A stretch of DNA of 64,000 bases, taken from an uncultured Candidatus Sumerlaeota bacterium (lineage in GTDB: Bacteria; CAYMEV01). The DNA is taken from positions 62,001 through 126,000 of the forward strand of contig CAYMEV010000001.1 of assembly GCA_964389675.1 (NCBI GenBank). The letters are read 5' to 3'. Each line of letters starts with the position of its first letter. The first letter of the stretch is position 1. This document shows, piece after piece, positions 30,601 to 40,371 of this stretch. A model generated the notes under the pieces. That model was not told the origin of the DNA and did not search any database. It worked only from the letters and a program-made list of their open reading frames with translations. A program made the translations under genes and the position numbers.

Positions 30601-31133
30601 AGCCTTCCTACATAAATGTCTCGTAATGTCCCGGTATCACCCAGAGTAATGATACTTCCTGGATATGTTTCACTGCTCCTGTAGAATTCGCTGTCAGCAA
30701 AGAACGGATACCTGAATCCGGGGTTTGACCTGTTCGGCATCTTCTGGGTCGGATATAACAGGACATTCTCATAGCTGACTGTTTCTTTGTCAATTATGCG
30801 GTACCTGAGATCCGAATCAAATGGAAACTGCAGGAGCTTCCCGAAATGGGGAAGCTCTGCTTTTCCTATATCTGTCATGCTGACAGAGTCAGGCATGGAA
30901 AGCCTTGTATATTCAATCCCGCTTTCATCCTTTGTATCAGCATAAAAGCCAGGGATAGATATCTCTAATATCAGAATGTCATCTTTGGCCTCGATAATAT
31001 TGACAGAAGGATTGCTCCCCTCTGAATCATTTTCGAGACTTACCCAGCCTTCCTGAGGCATATTGCCTGCTGTAAGGATTGTGAAGAAGGCTGTGATGAA
31101 GATGACAACCAGAAATAACTGAAATCTCTTCAT
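27645..31133 (-). CDS. Protease C: secreted C25 gingipain-like (Rgp-type) + Ig + L1 + FN3 + Y-domain + tail T1
   Basis: Propeptide GKAELP, PFQYNP; SDYPY, IGRI, GIASNEG, catalytic YIGHG and DVAC, LFGDP. Confidence 0.93.
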   Translation of the reverse strand: MKRFQLFLVVIFITAFFTILTAGNMPQEGWVSLENDSEGSNPSVNIIEAKDDILILEISIPGFYADTKDESGIEYTRLSMPDSVSMTDIGKAELPHFGKLLQFPFDSDLRYRIIDKETVSYENVLLYPTQKMPNRSNPGFRYPFFADSEFYRSSETYPGSIITLGDTGTLRDIYVGRLGIYPFQYNPAERRLDVHKRITVAVDIKSGSESRMFKDGSVSRTFDALYEGTVLNYNTNSRGVRVEAESMLLFVEDALESSIQPFIDWKNSKGIKVYKLLMSSVGSTTTAIQNAIDNAYDTYVPKPSYVLFVGHTTGIPPNYRSTAYGSAASDYPYTLMDGDNYPDILIGRILAKNTGHVDIQVSKIVNYEQNPFTGTAGEFYSKAFGIASNEGSNPSDEDYINGIATYLLNGTYTYHDYFFQGDGNATAANISAAINDGRTWATYIGHGSGTSWGSVNTTFSNTQVHALSNGFKLPVLIDVACMNGQFDDISECFGEAWMWAGTPEAPKGAVGYYGGSVSVSWDPPAIMATGIAKHHFEDPVYSFGGSCLAGQMYLVAEDGWNSSTEDNFEWYNLFGDPSLTVRTANPAILTVNHPALIPSGSTSVNVGVQADGSSFEGALVCILAQNNPAIYASGYTNFMGVASLSFENPIMPTDELYITVTGYNTTVYQSTIMAGATQDGIVSLNKDVYSCSDTAVIALIDAGLEGQGTQMVNVFTSSDPTGINIFLAETEVDGLFEGSVILGSDISTADGDSLTVSYYDVNIGNGTSQTKTANASIDCQGPAITGTEIQTLGGNFADIAFQTGEPAISKVFWGPSCMDLINSADISTSYVLEHEGTIHSLLPNTTYYYKVEATDVSGNTSLSSCYSFTTLNEFIVGDGTSMINYAPFYTYYHDNRTQVIYQTSDLGNVPFTINTIGINVTDLPGSVMNSFTIRMKHTSKEDYETSAVFENTGWTVVYQANQNISQTGWIDFDLAEAFEYNGTDNLMLDISFNNSSWVYEYGKCYWTSTSNKRTIYAYTDSYNGDPLDWSSGNAPTVYSANSIINIKLGIESETPPPDGVLLDYLTAQGTGNQVDIEWKTLSEVNNLGFNVYRQRALKESPFISYIPVKLNSELIAGQGGPSQEHVYYYSDMVVNGRGYFYILEAINAGSETETWRVRLVWN

Positions 31134-32607
31134 AATAAAATCTCCTTATATCTTCTTAAAATAATTATTGCTCGTCAAACAGTATGACAGCCATGTCTGA
31201 AGCATATGCTCCCATCATGATCCTTTCAAAGCTTGCTGTATCACTCTTGTAAAGATAGATGAATTCGCCTGCCTTGCTTGAAAGAATTATGTCATCAACC
31301 TGGTCCTGACTGAATTTGCCGAGTATCATCCTGTCGAATGAAGCTGCTACAAGGCTGTTCCATGTCTGGCCGGACGGCTGATAATAATATGTCCTTCCTG
31401 CTATTACTGTAAATATCTCATCTATTGAATCAGATGTTATATTGCCTGTGGCTATCTCTGTATCTGCATCAGGAGCGACTATGAGTATCCTCATCCACTG
31501 GAATGCCTTATTACCGCCCTTTGATGTCCAGACAAAGCTCTCCTTTATGTCATTCTCAAGGTCAATACATGGAATGCTCTTTGCCTGGCCGGCTTTTGCC
31601 GTATAGCTCATAAGATAGATCCCAAGGCCCTCAAATGCTGAAACAAGCTCTGCATATCCATCTCCGTCAATATCAGCCTTTGCAAGATTGACAGGTGATA
31701 CTGTCACTGCCTTTGTAAACAGGTCTTCTGCAAACTGATAGATATAACCGCCGTCAAGGCCGTTAAAAGCTACAAAAAGCTCATCTACACCGTTCTTGAA
31801 TATGTCAACGGCCAGTATTATATCTGCAAGCTGTGTGTTTATCCTCTCCCATGTGCTCTTTGCCTGGTCAAACTGCCAGGTTGACCTGTCCTTTGAATAT
31901 ATCCACTTGTAAATGCCAAATCCATCCAGTGAGGCAATAAGGGTCTTTACACCTGTGCCGTCAATGTCTGCAAGGCAGAAATCATTAATTACACCTGTAG
32001 TTATCTGGCTGAAGCTTTCAAAATCATAAAGGTAAAGCCCCTGTCCGGCAAAATAGGCTATTGCCTCGGCAATACCGTCGCCTGTTATGTCGCCTGTCAC
32101 TACCTTGTCTGCATAATTGCCGTTCATTACAATCGTCCATGTGGAGCCCTTCTCTTCAAATACAAAGGGCTTTGATTCGCTGTATTCCCACTGGTAAATG
32201 GCAGGAAGGTCAGGATTAAGGCTTACTATTGCCCTGTCAAGGTTCATTGGAGGATTGTCTGCAACCAGGCCAAGCTTCAGGTTTATGAAATTATCGCTTG
32301 CATATACCGTCGGATGTGTTGATGATGACCAGTCAAGCGGGTCACCGTATCCTGAGTCTGTATATCCGTATATTGACTGCGCTGTTGAAGTTCCGGTCCA
32401 GTAGACCTTTCCGCCGGGGGATGCCCATTCATCATTGTTGAACGAGAAGTCAACCATAAGGTTCTGGCTTCCGTCATATTCAAAAGGTGCTGCAAATACA
32501 AATTCATTCCAGCCTGTTGCGCTTATGGTGGTATTTGCCTGGTAAACGACTGTCCAGCCCGTGTTCTCAAATACGGCTGATGATTCATAATCAGCCTTTG
32601 TTGTATG
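30262..32607. repeat. 2,346-bp direct repeat, copy 1 (3' part of D + spacer + 5' part of C)
   Basis: Matches 38026-40371 at constant offset 7764. Protein segments and three shadow ORFs (30608/38372, 32198/39962, 32283/40047) are identical. Flanking mismatches at 30261/38025 and 32608/40372; near-identity continues to about 32794/40558. Confidence 0.92.
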
Positions 32608-34548
32608 TTTCATCCTTATAGTCCAGTTGGTCAATGTAAGGGAGGGAGCGGTGGTTACATTAATGGAGAGTGAATTAATGGAAAGAGGTACATTCCCCAT
32701 GTCATCGGCTGTATATATGACCTGTGTCCTGTTGTCTTCATAATATGTGTATAAAGGTGCATTGGTAACCTCTGTGGTGCCGTCCCCTATCTCAGTGAAA
32801 TTTGTGCTTTTGACCTGTATATCTACATAAAAAGCCCCTGATAACTTAGCATATGACCAGTCAAACCTGATTCTTACAATCTCATCATGAGGGCAGTCAT
32901 TTGAAACACTTATTGCATATGGTGTGGTATTGTCAGCACTTCCACCCGATAATATATCAGGGTAGGCAGAATAGTCCTGTGATATGCCCAGGTAAGAGCT
33001 TTCAGATGATATAGTAGCAGTAAGCCCTGTTATAGTGGATGCAGAATTATTATTAATATTGATTGTAAGGCCTGCGCTTTCACCCGGGTTAAGTATCCCA
33101 TCCCCATTGTATCCGGAGTCATTAATTACATAATGATTGAGGCTGACATAGCTGGATGTATCCTGCTCCATATAAATATTTCCCAGGAATGTTGTAGTAT
33201 CCCAGTCTGAACCTACAACAACACCGCTGATAATCTGGTCAAGGTAGCCGTCAGCAGAAATATTTACTGTATATGTCCCGGGAAGAAGCATTTTGTGGAA
33301 CATGCCGCTTGCAGGATCATTTTCAAAGACCCAGTTTATTCCATCCACTGTTATTTCAGCCGAAACAGGAGCATATGTGGATGAATCAAGTACATATCCC
33401 TGCACTCCCCTTCTCAGTGCTCCTGCATAATAAAGCATGGAATACTTGTTCTCCAGCCAATATTGAGGCAGCTCGCTCGGATCCGGTGCAAATTCATCAG
33501 AAAGCTCAACAGTTACCTGTGTATTGCTGTGGTAATAACAGGCATAATCCTGCATTCCGCCGTCAATGATATACCAGTCTGCTCCGTTTGTAATGCCGTC
33601 CTGGAATGTGCTGGAATTATACATTGGGGAATTCTGCTCAGAATAACGCAGAGAAAGCTCAATAAGCATATCATTCTCCGGGTGGTTATCATATGTTGTA
33701 TCCCATGGATAATTGACCACAAGGGCCCCTGTATGAAAATTTGCTGAAAGTACACCCCTTCTTTCTGCATAAAACTGCATAAGTTCTGCAGTTTCTGTCT
33801 GCTTGCCGGAGGGATCATCTTCAGGGTCATTTATAAAATCAGGAAAATTCCTGTTAAGGTCATAGCCGTTTGCATTATACCTTGTATTGGCTACAAAACC
33901 GTCGGGGTTCATAACCGGCATTATATAAAAATCAATCTCATCAAGAAGGTCAGTGACATATGTATCTGTTCCATAATTATCAATAAGATAATGGATGAAC
34001 TCCATGCACATTTCTGTACCTACGGGTTCATCGCCATGCATGGTCGAGATATAATGGAATTCAGGTTTTACCGGGTCTGACTGTATATTGGAGGTAATAC
34101 GCAGAAAATAGAGGTTTCTTCCCTGCACGCTTGTGCCTATGGTAATGAGTTCCGCCATATCCGGGTCAGCTGATGCAATACCGGAAAGCTCAGTCTCAAC
34201 CTCAGGGAATGTCCTGTATGCTTCCCTTGATTTTCTGTATTCAGGGTCCTTGAGCATTTCTGCATATGTTGGGATATCAGAATATTTTAGCGATAAAGAT
34301 TCAAACATGGCAATATGTTCGGGTTCTGCATAACATGAAAATGCATTTTCCATGGAAAGTATCCTGTCTATTATAAGGCCTTTTTCAGCAAAATATTTAA
34401 TATCGTTTTCTGTTCTGTAATAGACCTTAAGATACCTTGAATCCCTGATATAACCATTTTGATATTCATTATTATATGCATGTACCTGGACTGTCAGAAA
34501 AAGTAGAATCAGGAAAATGAAAAGAAAAACAATTCTTTTATAACTCAT
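31165..34548 (-). CDS. Protease D: secreted M14 carboxypeptidase + beta-sandwich + linker L2 + Y-domain + tail T2 (FG-GAP-like propeller)
   Basis: MHGDE, DLNRNFPD, SANFHTG, TVELS; NGDGILNPGE; YTYYEDNRTQ; GDITGDG/ADIDGTG/ADIDGDG repeats. Confidence 0.92.
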   Translation of the reverse strand: MSYKRIVFLFIFLILLFLTVQVHAYNNEYQNGYIRDSRYLKVYYRTENDIKYFAEKGLIIDRILSMENAFSCYAEPEHIAMFESLSLKYSDIPTYAEMLKDPEYRKSREAYRTFPEVETELSGIASADPDMAELITIGTSVQGRNLYFLRITSNIQSDPVKPEFHYISTMHGDEPVGTEMCMEFIHYLIDNYGTDTYVTDLLDEIDFYIMPVMNPDGFVANTRYNANGYDLNRNFPDFINDPEDDPSGKQTETAELMQFYAERRGVLSANFHTGALVVNYPWDTTYDNHPENDMLIELSLRYSEQNSPMYNSSTFQDGITNGADWYIIDGGMQDYACYYHSNTQVTVELSDEFAPDPSELPQYWLENKYSMLYYAGALRRGVQGYVLDSSTYAPVSAEITVDGINWVFENDPASGMFHKMLLPGTYTVNISADGYLDQIISGVVVGSDWDTTTFLGNIYMEQDTSSYVSLNHYVINDSGYNGDGILNPGESAGLTININNNSASTITGLTATISSESSYLGISQDYSAYPDILSGGSADNTTPYAISVSNDCPHDEIVRIRFDWSYAKLSGAFYVDIQVKSTNFTEIGDGTTEVTNAPLYTYYEDNRTQVIYTADDMGNVPLSINSLSINVTTAPSLTLTNWTIRMKHTTKADYESSAVFENTGWTVVYQANTTISATGWNEFVFAAPFEYDGSQNLMVDFSFNNDEWASPGGKVYWTGTSTAQSIYGYTDSGYGDPLDWSSSTHPTVYASDNFINLKLGLVADNPPMNLDRAIVSLNPDLPAIYQWEYSESKPFVFEEKGSTWTIVMNGNYADKVVTGDITGDGIAEAIAYFAGQGLYLYDFESFSQITTGVINDFCLADIDGTGVKTLIASLDGFGIYKWIYSKDRSTWQFDQAKSTWERINTQLADIILAVDIFKNGVDELFVAFNGLDGGYIYQFAEDLFTKAVTVSPVNLAKADIDGDGYAELVSAFEGLGIYLMSYTAKAGQAKSIPCIDLENDIKESFVWTSKGGNKAFQWMRILIVAPDADTEIATGNITSDSIDEIFTVIAGRTYYYQPSGQTWNSLVAASFDRMILGKFSQDQVDDIILSSKAGEFIYLYKSDTASFERIMMGAYASDMAVILFDEQ

Positions 34549-34576
34549 TAAAGTCTCCTTGCTTTATTATGGTCAG

Positions 34577-34604
34577 ATTATATACTTAATTATCTTGTTT
34601 TCAA
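34577..34604 (-). promoter_or_regulatory. Putative sigma70 promoter for D-C
   Basis: Minus strand TTGAAA-N16-TATAAT (context AAGTATATAAT), then RBS AAGGAG. Confidence 0.6.
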
Positions 34605-34609
34605 AATGA

Positions 34610-34642
34610 AAAGAGGGCAGCAAAATATGTGCTGCCCTCTTT
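34610..34642 (-). terminator. Intrinsic terminator after protease E
   Basis: 13-bp stem AAAGAGGGCAGCA/TGCTGCCCTCTTT with T tracts. Confidence 0.85.
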
Positions 34643-34658
34643 ATGTTTTTATCAGCTA

Positions 34659-37600
34659 TTAATATCCGGTAATACCGGAAGAATACATGCCTTCAAGGAT
34701 CTTTTCAAAGCTCTGTGTTTCAGATATGAACAGAAAGATCCTGTCAAGCTGGCTGCAGGATACGATCAGGTCCTCATTTGCTCCACCTGTAAAGTATCCG
34801 GCACCTACCCGCTCAAATGCGATATCTGCAAGTTTTGTCCATGTTGCTGCTGATGGATTGTAATAATATGTTCTTCCCTGAATAACTGCAACAAGCTCAT
34901 CCATTGAATCGCCTGCTATATCTCCTGTCGCAAGCTTTGAATCAGTATCTGAAGCTACAACCAGAAGCCTCATCCATGAATAATCACGTCCCTTATACCA
35001 TACATTATCAGTATCTATCCTGCTGATATCATCCAGGCCTTCCTTGTTTGTGGCAAGCTTCAATGGAGTTGAATCAAGGCCTTTGGAATAGCTCATGACA
35101 TAGATTCCATAACCCTCAAATGTTACTATAAGTTCTTTATAGCCGTCACCTGTGAAATCTCCTGCTGTGGCATCGGTCAGGCTTATAGTAAGGATCTTGT
35201 TGAATTCGCTTGTCGTGCAGTTATATACATAGGTTCCCGCAATTGAATCAAAGGACATAACTACATCCTCTGTATCATTCTTATCAACATCAATTGCAAG
35301 GATAAGATATGCAGGAGTTGCTATGATAGCTGTCCAGTCCTTTGAGTTTAATACATTGTTCTCATATTCTATGCCCTTTGCATAGTTCCATTTATATACG
35401 CCCTGGCCTGCAAATGATGCATAGATCTGTTTCTGAGTTGATCCAGGCATCTCTACAAGGTCAAAATCAAGAATTGTGCTGTCTATAATAGATACCCATT
35501 CTGTGAGATTATAATAATACAGGCCAAATCCAGGAAAATAGCCCACGACTTCGTTGTTGCCATCACCAGTGATATCGCCTGCTACAAGTTTTTCAGCATA
35601 GGCACCGTTCATTACAGGAACCCATGTTGAACCCTTCATACCAAACTCTATCGGTTTTGAGAATGAATATTCCCAGGAGTAAACTGCAGGAGAGTCAGCA
35701 TTGAAGCTTACAAGAGCAGGCTCTGTTTCTGGATTTTCCTCAGCTACAAGGCCGAGTTTCAGGTTTACATAGTTATCTGATGTATAAACAGTAGGATGTG
35801 TGGAAGATGACCAGTCAAGCGGGTCTCCGTAACCTGAGTCTGTATATCCGTATATTGCCTGTGCTGTGCTTGTGCCGGTCCAGTAAACCTTTCCTCCGGG
35901 AGATTCCCAGGCGGTATTGTTGAATGAGAAATCCACCATCAGGTTCTGTGTGCCGTCATATTCAAAATTTGCTGAAAATACAAATTCATTCCAGCCTGTT
36001 GTGCTTATTGTCGTATCAGCCTGGTATACAACAGTCCATCCCGTATTTTCAAATACAGCAGATGATTCATAATCATCCTTTGTTGTGTGTTTCATCCGGA
36101 TAGTCCAGTTGGTCATCGGCAGTGATGGCAGAGATGAAACATTTATAGCAAGAGAGCTTATTGTGAGCGGTGCATTACCAAGGTCATCAGCAGTATATAT
36201 GACCTGAGTCCTGTTGTCATGGTAATAGGTATATATAGGTGCCGGGCTTACCTCGACTGTGCCGTTGCCTATTATAAGCTCGCTTACTGTTGTAAAGTTC
36301 AGGCATGCACTCGTTGTTGTATTACCGTATTCATCTGTTGCCTGTACCTTATAGTAGTATTTTGTGCTGGTTGTCAGCCCGTCAATTGTCCCTTCATGAG
36401 AGGTATTATAACTTGTGCTTGCATCTGCTGAGTATGGCATGCTTGAGCATGATGAACCCCAAAGCAGGACTGATGTGGCAGGTTCACTTGTTGTAAATCC
36501 GATCTCTGCATAATTTCCGCCGAGGGCCACGACATTAATGCCTGATATGACAGGCCCTGAACAGTCAATTGATGCTGTATCAGTCTTATATTCCGAAGCA
36601 CGTTTGCCTGTATTTGCATCATAGTATGTGACAGTAAGTGTATCACCGTTTGATACTGCTATATCCGAACCCAGCACGACTGATCCTTCAAACATTCCTG
36701 CTGTTGCTGTCTCAGTAAGCACAACATCTATCCCTGATGGATATGTTGTTGAAGAGACTTCAACAATATGCGTTCCCTGGCCTTCCAGGTCACCGTCAAG
36801 CAGTGTAATATCAGCTGTGGCACTGCATGAATAGGCATCACTGTCAAAGGATATAATGCCGTCACTTGTAGAGCCTGCAAGGATGGTTGATTCATATACA
36901 GTTGTATTATAGCCTGTAACCGTTATATGAAGCTCATCTGTCGGTGTGATGCCTGTATCAAATGTCAGGGTGGCATCACCTGATGCATCTGTGAATGCTG
37001 AAGCATAAATATCATCATTGTTTGATGCATATATGCAGACCAGTGCCTGCTCAAAAGGAGCCTTGCTTACTGATACATTAACTTCAGCTGATGTCGAGCC
37101 TGAAGCTATCATTGTGGGATGCGTAACACTTATGGTCTCCGGGCTTGCTGTCCTGAGCATAAGTGAAGGATCGCCGAAAATATTATACCATTCGAAATTA
37201 TCCTCAACATCACTTCCCCATCCTTCCTGGGCCACCAGATACATCTGGCCTGCCAGGCAGCTTCCGCCGAATGAATAGACCGGATCTTCAAAATGGTGCT
37301 TTGCAATACCTGTTGCCATAATGGCCGGAGGATGCCATGAAATGCTTACAGATCCGCCGTAATATGCTACAGCACCCTTCGGTACTGATGCAGTTCCTGC
37401 CCACATCCATGCTTCTCCGAAACACTCTGATATATCATCAAACTGGCCGTTCAGACAGGCAACATCTATAAGGGCAAGAAGCTTAAAACCATTGGAAAGG
37501 GCATGCACCTGTGTATTGCTGAATGTGTCATTTGTGCTTCCCCATGATGTACCGCTTCCATGGCCTATGTATGTAGCATATGTCCTTCCGTTATTTATGG

Positions 37601-38897
37601 CAGCGCTGATGTTTGCTGCTGTTGCATTATAATCTCCCTGGAAGAAATAATCATGGTATGTGTATGTACCATTAAGCAGGTAGTTTGCAATGCCGTTAAT
37701 ATAATCCTCATCTGACGGGCTTGAACCCTCATTGCTTGCAATACCGAAAGCCTTGCTGTAAAATTCTGCCGCTGTCCCTGTAAATGGGTTCTGTTCATAG
37801 TTTACTATCTTTGATACCTGGACATCAACCTGTGTTGTATTGTTTGCAAGTATCCTTCCAATAAGCAGGTCCGGGTAATTATCACCGTCCATCAGTGTAT
37901 ATGGGTAATCGGACGCAGCATTTCCATCTGAAGTTGACCTGTAGTTTGGCGGTATTCCCGACACATGGCCTACAAAAAGGACATAAGTCGGTGTCGGTGT
38001 ATATGTGGCGTATGCATTATCAATAGCGTTCTGTATTGCTGTAGTAGTGCTTCCGACACTGCTCATAAGCAGCTTGTAAACCTTGATGCCCTTGCTGTTC
38101 TTCCAGTCTATGAAGGGCTGTATTGATGATTCAAGTGCATCCTCGACAAAAAGAAGCATGGATTCTGCTTCAACCCGGACACCTCTGCTATTAGTATTAT
38201 AGTTCAGGACAGTTCCTTCATAAAGGGCATCAAATGTCCTGGATACTGAACCATCCTTAAACATGCGGCTTTCAGAGCCTGATTTAATATCAACAGCAAC
38301 TGTGATCCTCTTATGTACATCAAGCCTTCTTTCTGCAGGATTATACTGGAAAGGGTAGATCCCGAGCCTTCCTACATAAATGTCTCGTAATGTCCCGGTA
38401 TCACCCAGAGTAATGATACTTCCTGGATATGTTTCACTGCTCCTGTAGAATTCGCTGTCAGCAAAGAACGGATACCTGAATCCGGGGTTTGACCTGTTCG
38501 GCATCTTCTGGGTCGGATATAACAGGACATTCTCATAGCTGACTGTTTCTTTGTCAATTATGCGGTACCTGAGATCCGAATCAAATGGAAACTGCAGGAG
38601 CTTCCCGAAATGGGGAAGCTCTGCTTTTCCTATATCTGTCATGCTGACAGAGTCAGGCATGGAAAGCCTTGTATATTCAATCCCGCTTTCATCCTTTGTA
38701 TCAGCATAAAAGCCAGGGATAGATATCTCTAATATCAGAATGTCATCTTTGGCCTCGATAATATTGACAGAAGGATTGCTCCCCTCTGAATCATTTTCGA
38801 GACTTACCCAGCCTTCCTGAGGCATATTGCCTGCTGTAAGGATTGTGAAGAAGGCTGTGATGAAGATGACAACCAGAAATAACTGAAATCTCTTCAT
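34659..38897 (-). CDS. Protease E: secreted C25 (Rgp-type) + Ig + L1 + FN3 + Y-domain + tail T2
   Basis: First about 295 aa identical to C; YIGHG, DVAC; GDITGDG, GDFTGDG, GDIAGDS propeller repeats. Confidence 0.93.
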   Translation of the reverse strand: MKRFQLFLVVIFITAFFTILTAGNMPQEGWVSLENDSEGSNPSVNIIEAKDDILILEISIPGFYADTKDESGIEYTRLSMPDSVSMTDIGKAELPHFGKLLQFPFDSDLRYRIIDKETVSYENVLLYPTQKMPNRSNPGFRYPFFADSEFYRSSETYPGSIITLGDTGTLRDIYVGRLGIYPFQYNPAERRLDVHKRITVAVDIKSGSESRMFKDGSVSRTFDALYEGTVLNYNTNSRGVRVEAESMLLFVEDALESSIQPFIDWKNSKGIKVYKLLMSSVGSTTTAIQNAIDNAYATYTPTPTYVLFVGHVSGIPPNYRSTSDGNAASDYPYTLMDGDNYPDLLIGRILANNTTQVDVQVSKIVNYEQNPFTGTAAEFYSKAFGIASNEGSSPSDEDYINGIANYLLNGTYTYHDYFFQGDYNATAANISAAINNGRTYATYIGHGSGTSWGSTNDTFSNTQVHALSNGFKLLALIDVACLNGQFDDISECFGEAWMWAGTASVPKGAVAYYGGSVSISWHPPAIMATGIAKHHFEDPVYSFGGSCLAGQMYLVAQEGWGSDVEDNFEWYNIFGDPSLMLRTASPETISVTHPTMIASGSTSAEVNVSVSKAPFEQALVCIYASNNDDIYASAFTDASGDATLTFDTGITPTDELHITVTGYNTTVYESTILAGSTSDGIISFDSDAYSCSATADITLLDGDLEGQGTHIVEVSSTTYPSGIDVVLTETATAGMFEGSVVLGSDIAVSNGDTLTVTYYDANTGKRASEYKTDTASIDCSGPVISGINVVALGGNYAEIGFTTSEPATSVLLWGSSCSSMPYSADASTSYNTSHEGTIDGLTTSTKYYYKVQATDEYGNTTTSACLNFTTVSELIIGNGTVEVSPAPIYTYYHDNRTQVIYTADDLGNAPLTISSLAINVSSLPSLPMTNWTIRMKHTTKDDYESSAVFENTGWTVVYQADTTISTTGWNEFVFSANFEYDGTQNLMVDFSFNNTAWESPGGKVYWTGTSTAQAIYGYTDSGYGDPLDWSSSTHPTVYTSDNYVNLKLGLVAEENPETEPALVSFNADSPAVYSWEYSFSKPIEFGMKGSTWVPVMNGAYAEKLVAGDITGDGNNEVVGYFPGFGLYYYNLTEWVSIIDSTILDFDLVEMPGSTQKQIYASFAGQGVYKWNYAKGIEYENNVLNSKDWTAIIATPAYLILAIDVDKNDTEDVVMSFDSIAGTYVYNCTTSEFNKILTISLTDATAGDFTGDGYKELIVTFEGYGIYVMSYSKGLDSTPLKLATNKEGLDDISRIDTDNVWYKGRDYSWMRLLVVASDTDSKLATGDIAGDSMDELVAVIQGRTYYYNPSAATWTKLADIAFERVGAGYFTGGANEDLIVSCSQLDRIFLFISETQSFEKILEGMYSSGITGY

Positions 38898-40371
38898 AAT
38901 AAAATCTCCTTATATCTTCTTAAAATAATTATTGCTCGTCAAACAGTATGACAGCCATGTCTGAAGCATATGCTCCCATCATGATCCTTTCAAAGCTTGC
39001 TGTATCACTCTTGTAAAGATAGATGAATTCGCCTGCCTTGCTTGAAAGAATTATGTCATCAACCTGGTCCTGACTGAATTTGCCGAGTATCATCCTGTCG
39101 AATGAAGCTGCTACAAGGCTGTTCCATGTCTGGCCGGACGGCTGATAATAATATGTCCTTCCTGCTATTACTGTAAATATCTCATCTATTGAATCAGATG
39201 TTATATTGCCTGTGGCTATCTCTGTATCTGCATCAGGAGCGACTATGAGTATCCTCATCCACTGGAATGCCTTATTACCGCCCTTTGATGTCCAGACAAA
39301 GCTCTCCTTTATGTCATTCTCAAGGTCAATACATGGAATGCTCTTTGCCTGGCCGGCTTTTGCCGTATAGCTCATAAGATAGATCCCAAGGCCCTCAAAT
39401 GCTGAAACAAGCTCTGCATATCCATCTCCGTCAATATCAGCCTTTGCAAGATTGACAGGTGATACTGTCACTGCCTTTGTAAACAGGTCTTCTGCAAACT
39501 GATAGATATAACCGCCGTCAAGGCCGTTAAAAGCTACAAAAAGCTCATCTACACCGTTCTTGAATATGTCAACGGCCAGTATTATATCTGCAAGCTGTGT
39601 GTTTATCCTCTCCCATGTGCTCTTTGCCTGGTCAAACTGCCAGGTTGACCTGTCCTTTGAATATATCCACTTGTAAATGCCAAATCCATCCAGTGAGGCA
39701 ATAAGGGTCTTTACACCTGTGCCGTCAATGTCTGCAAGGCAGAAATCATTAATTACACCTGTAGTTATCTGGCTGAAGCTTTCAAAATCATAAAGGTAAA
39801 GCCCCTGTCCGGCAAAATAGGCTATTGCCTCGGCAATACCGTCGCCTGTTATGTCGCCTGTCACTACCTTGTCTGCATAATTGCCGTTCATTACAATCGT
39901 CCATGTGGAGCCCTTCTCTTCAAATACAAAGGGCTTTGATTCGCTGTATTCCCACTGGTAAATGGCAGGAAGGTCAGGATTAAGGCTTACTATTGCCCTG
40001 TCAAGGTTCATTGGAGGATTGTCTGCAACCAGGCCAAGCTTCAGGTTTATGAAATTATCGCTTGCATATACCGTCGGATGTGTTGATGATGACCAGTCAA
40101 GCGGGTCACCGTATCCTGAGTCTGTATATCCGTATATTGACTGCGCTGTTGAAGTTCCGGTCCAGTAGACCTTTCCGCCGGGGGATGCCCATTCATCATT
40201 GTTGAACGAGAAGTCAACCATAAGGTTCTGGCTTCCGTCATATTCAAAAGGTGCTGCAAATACAAATTCATTCCAGCCTGTTGCGCTTATGGTGGTATTT
40301 GCCTGGTAAACGACTGTCCAGCCCGTGTTCTCAAATACGGCTGATGATTCATAATCAGCCTTTGTTGTATG
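38026..40371. repeat. 2,346-bp direct repeat, copy 2 (3' part of F + spacer + 5' part of E)
   Basis: See copy 1 at 30262-32607. Confidence 0.92.

Noticed and set aside
30262-32607. Insertion sequence or composite transposon explanation for the long direct repeat
   Set aside because: The repeat consists only of protease coding sequence and a spacer; no transposase, terminal inverted repeats or target duplication.
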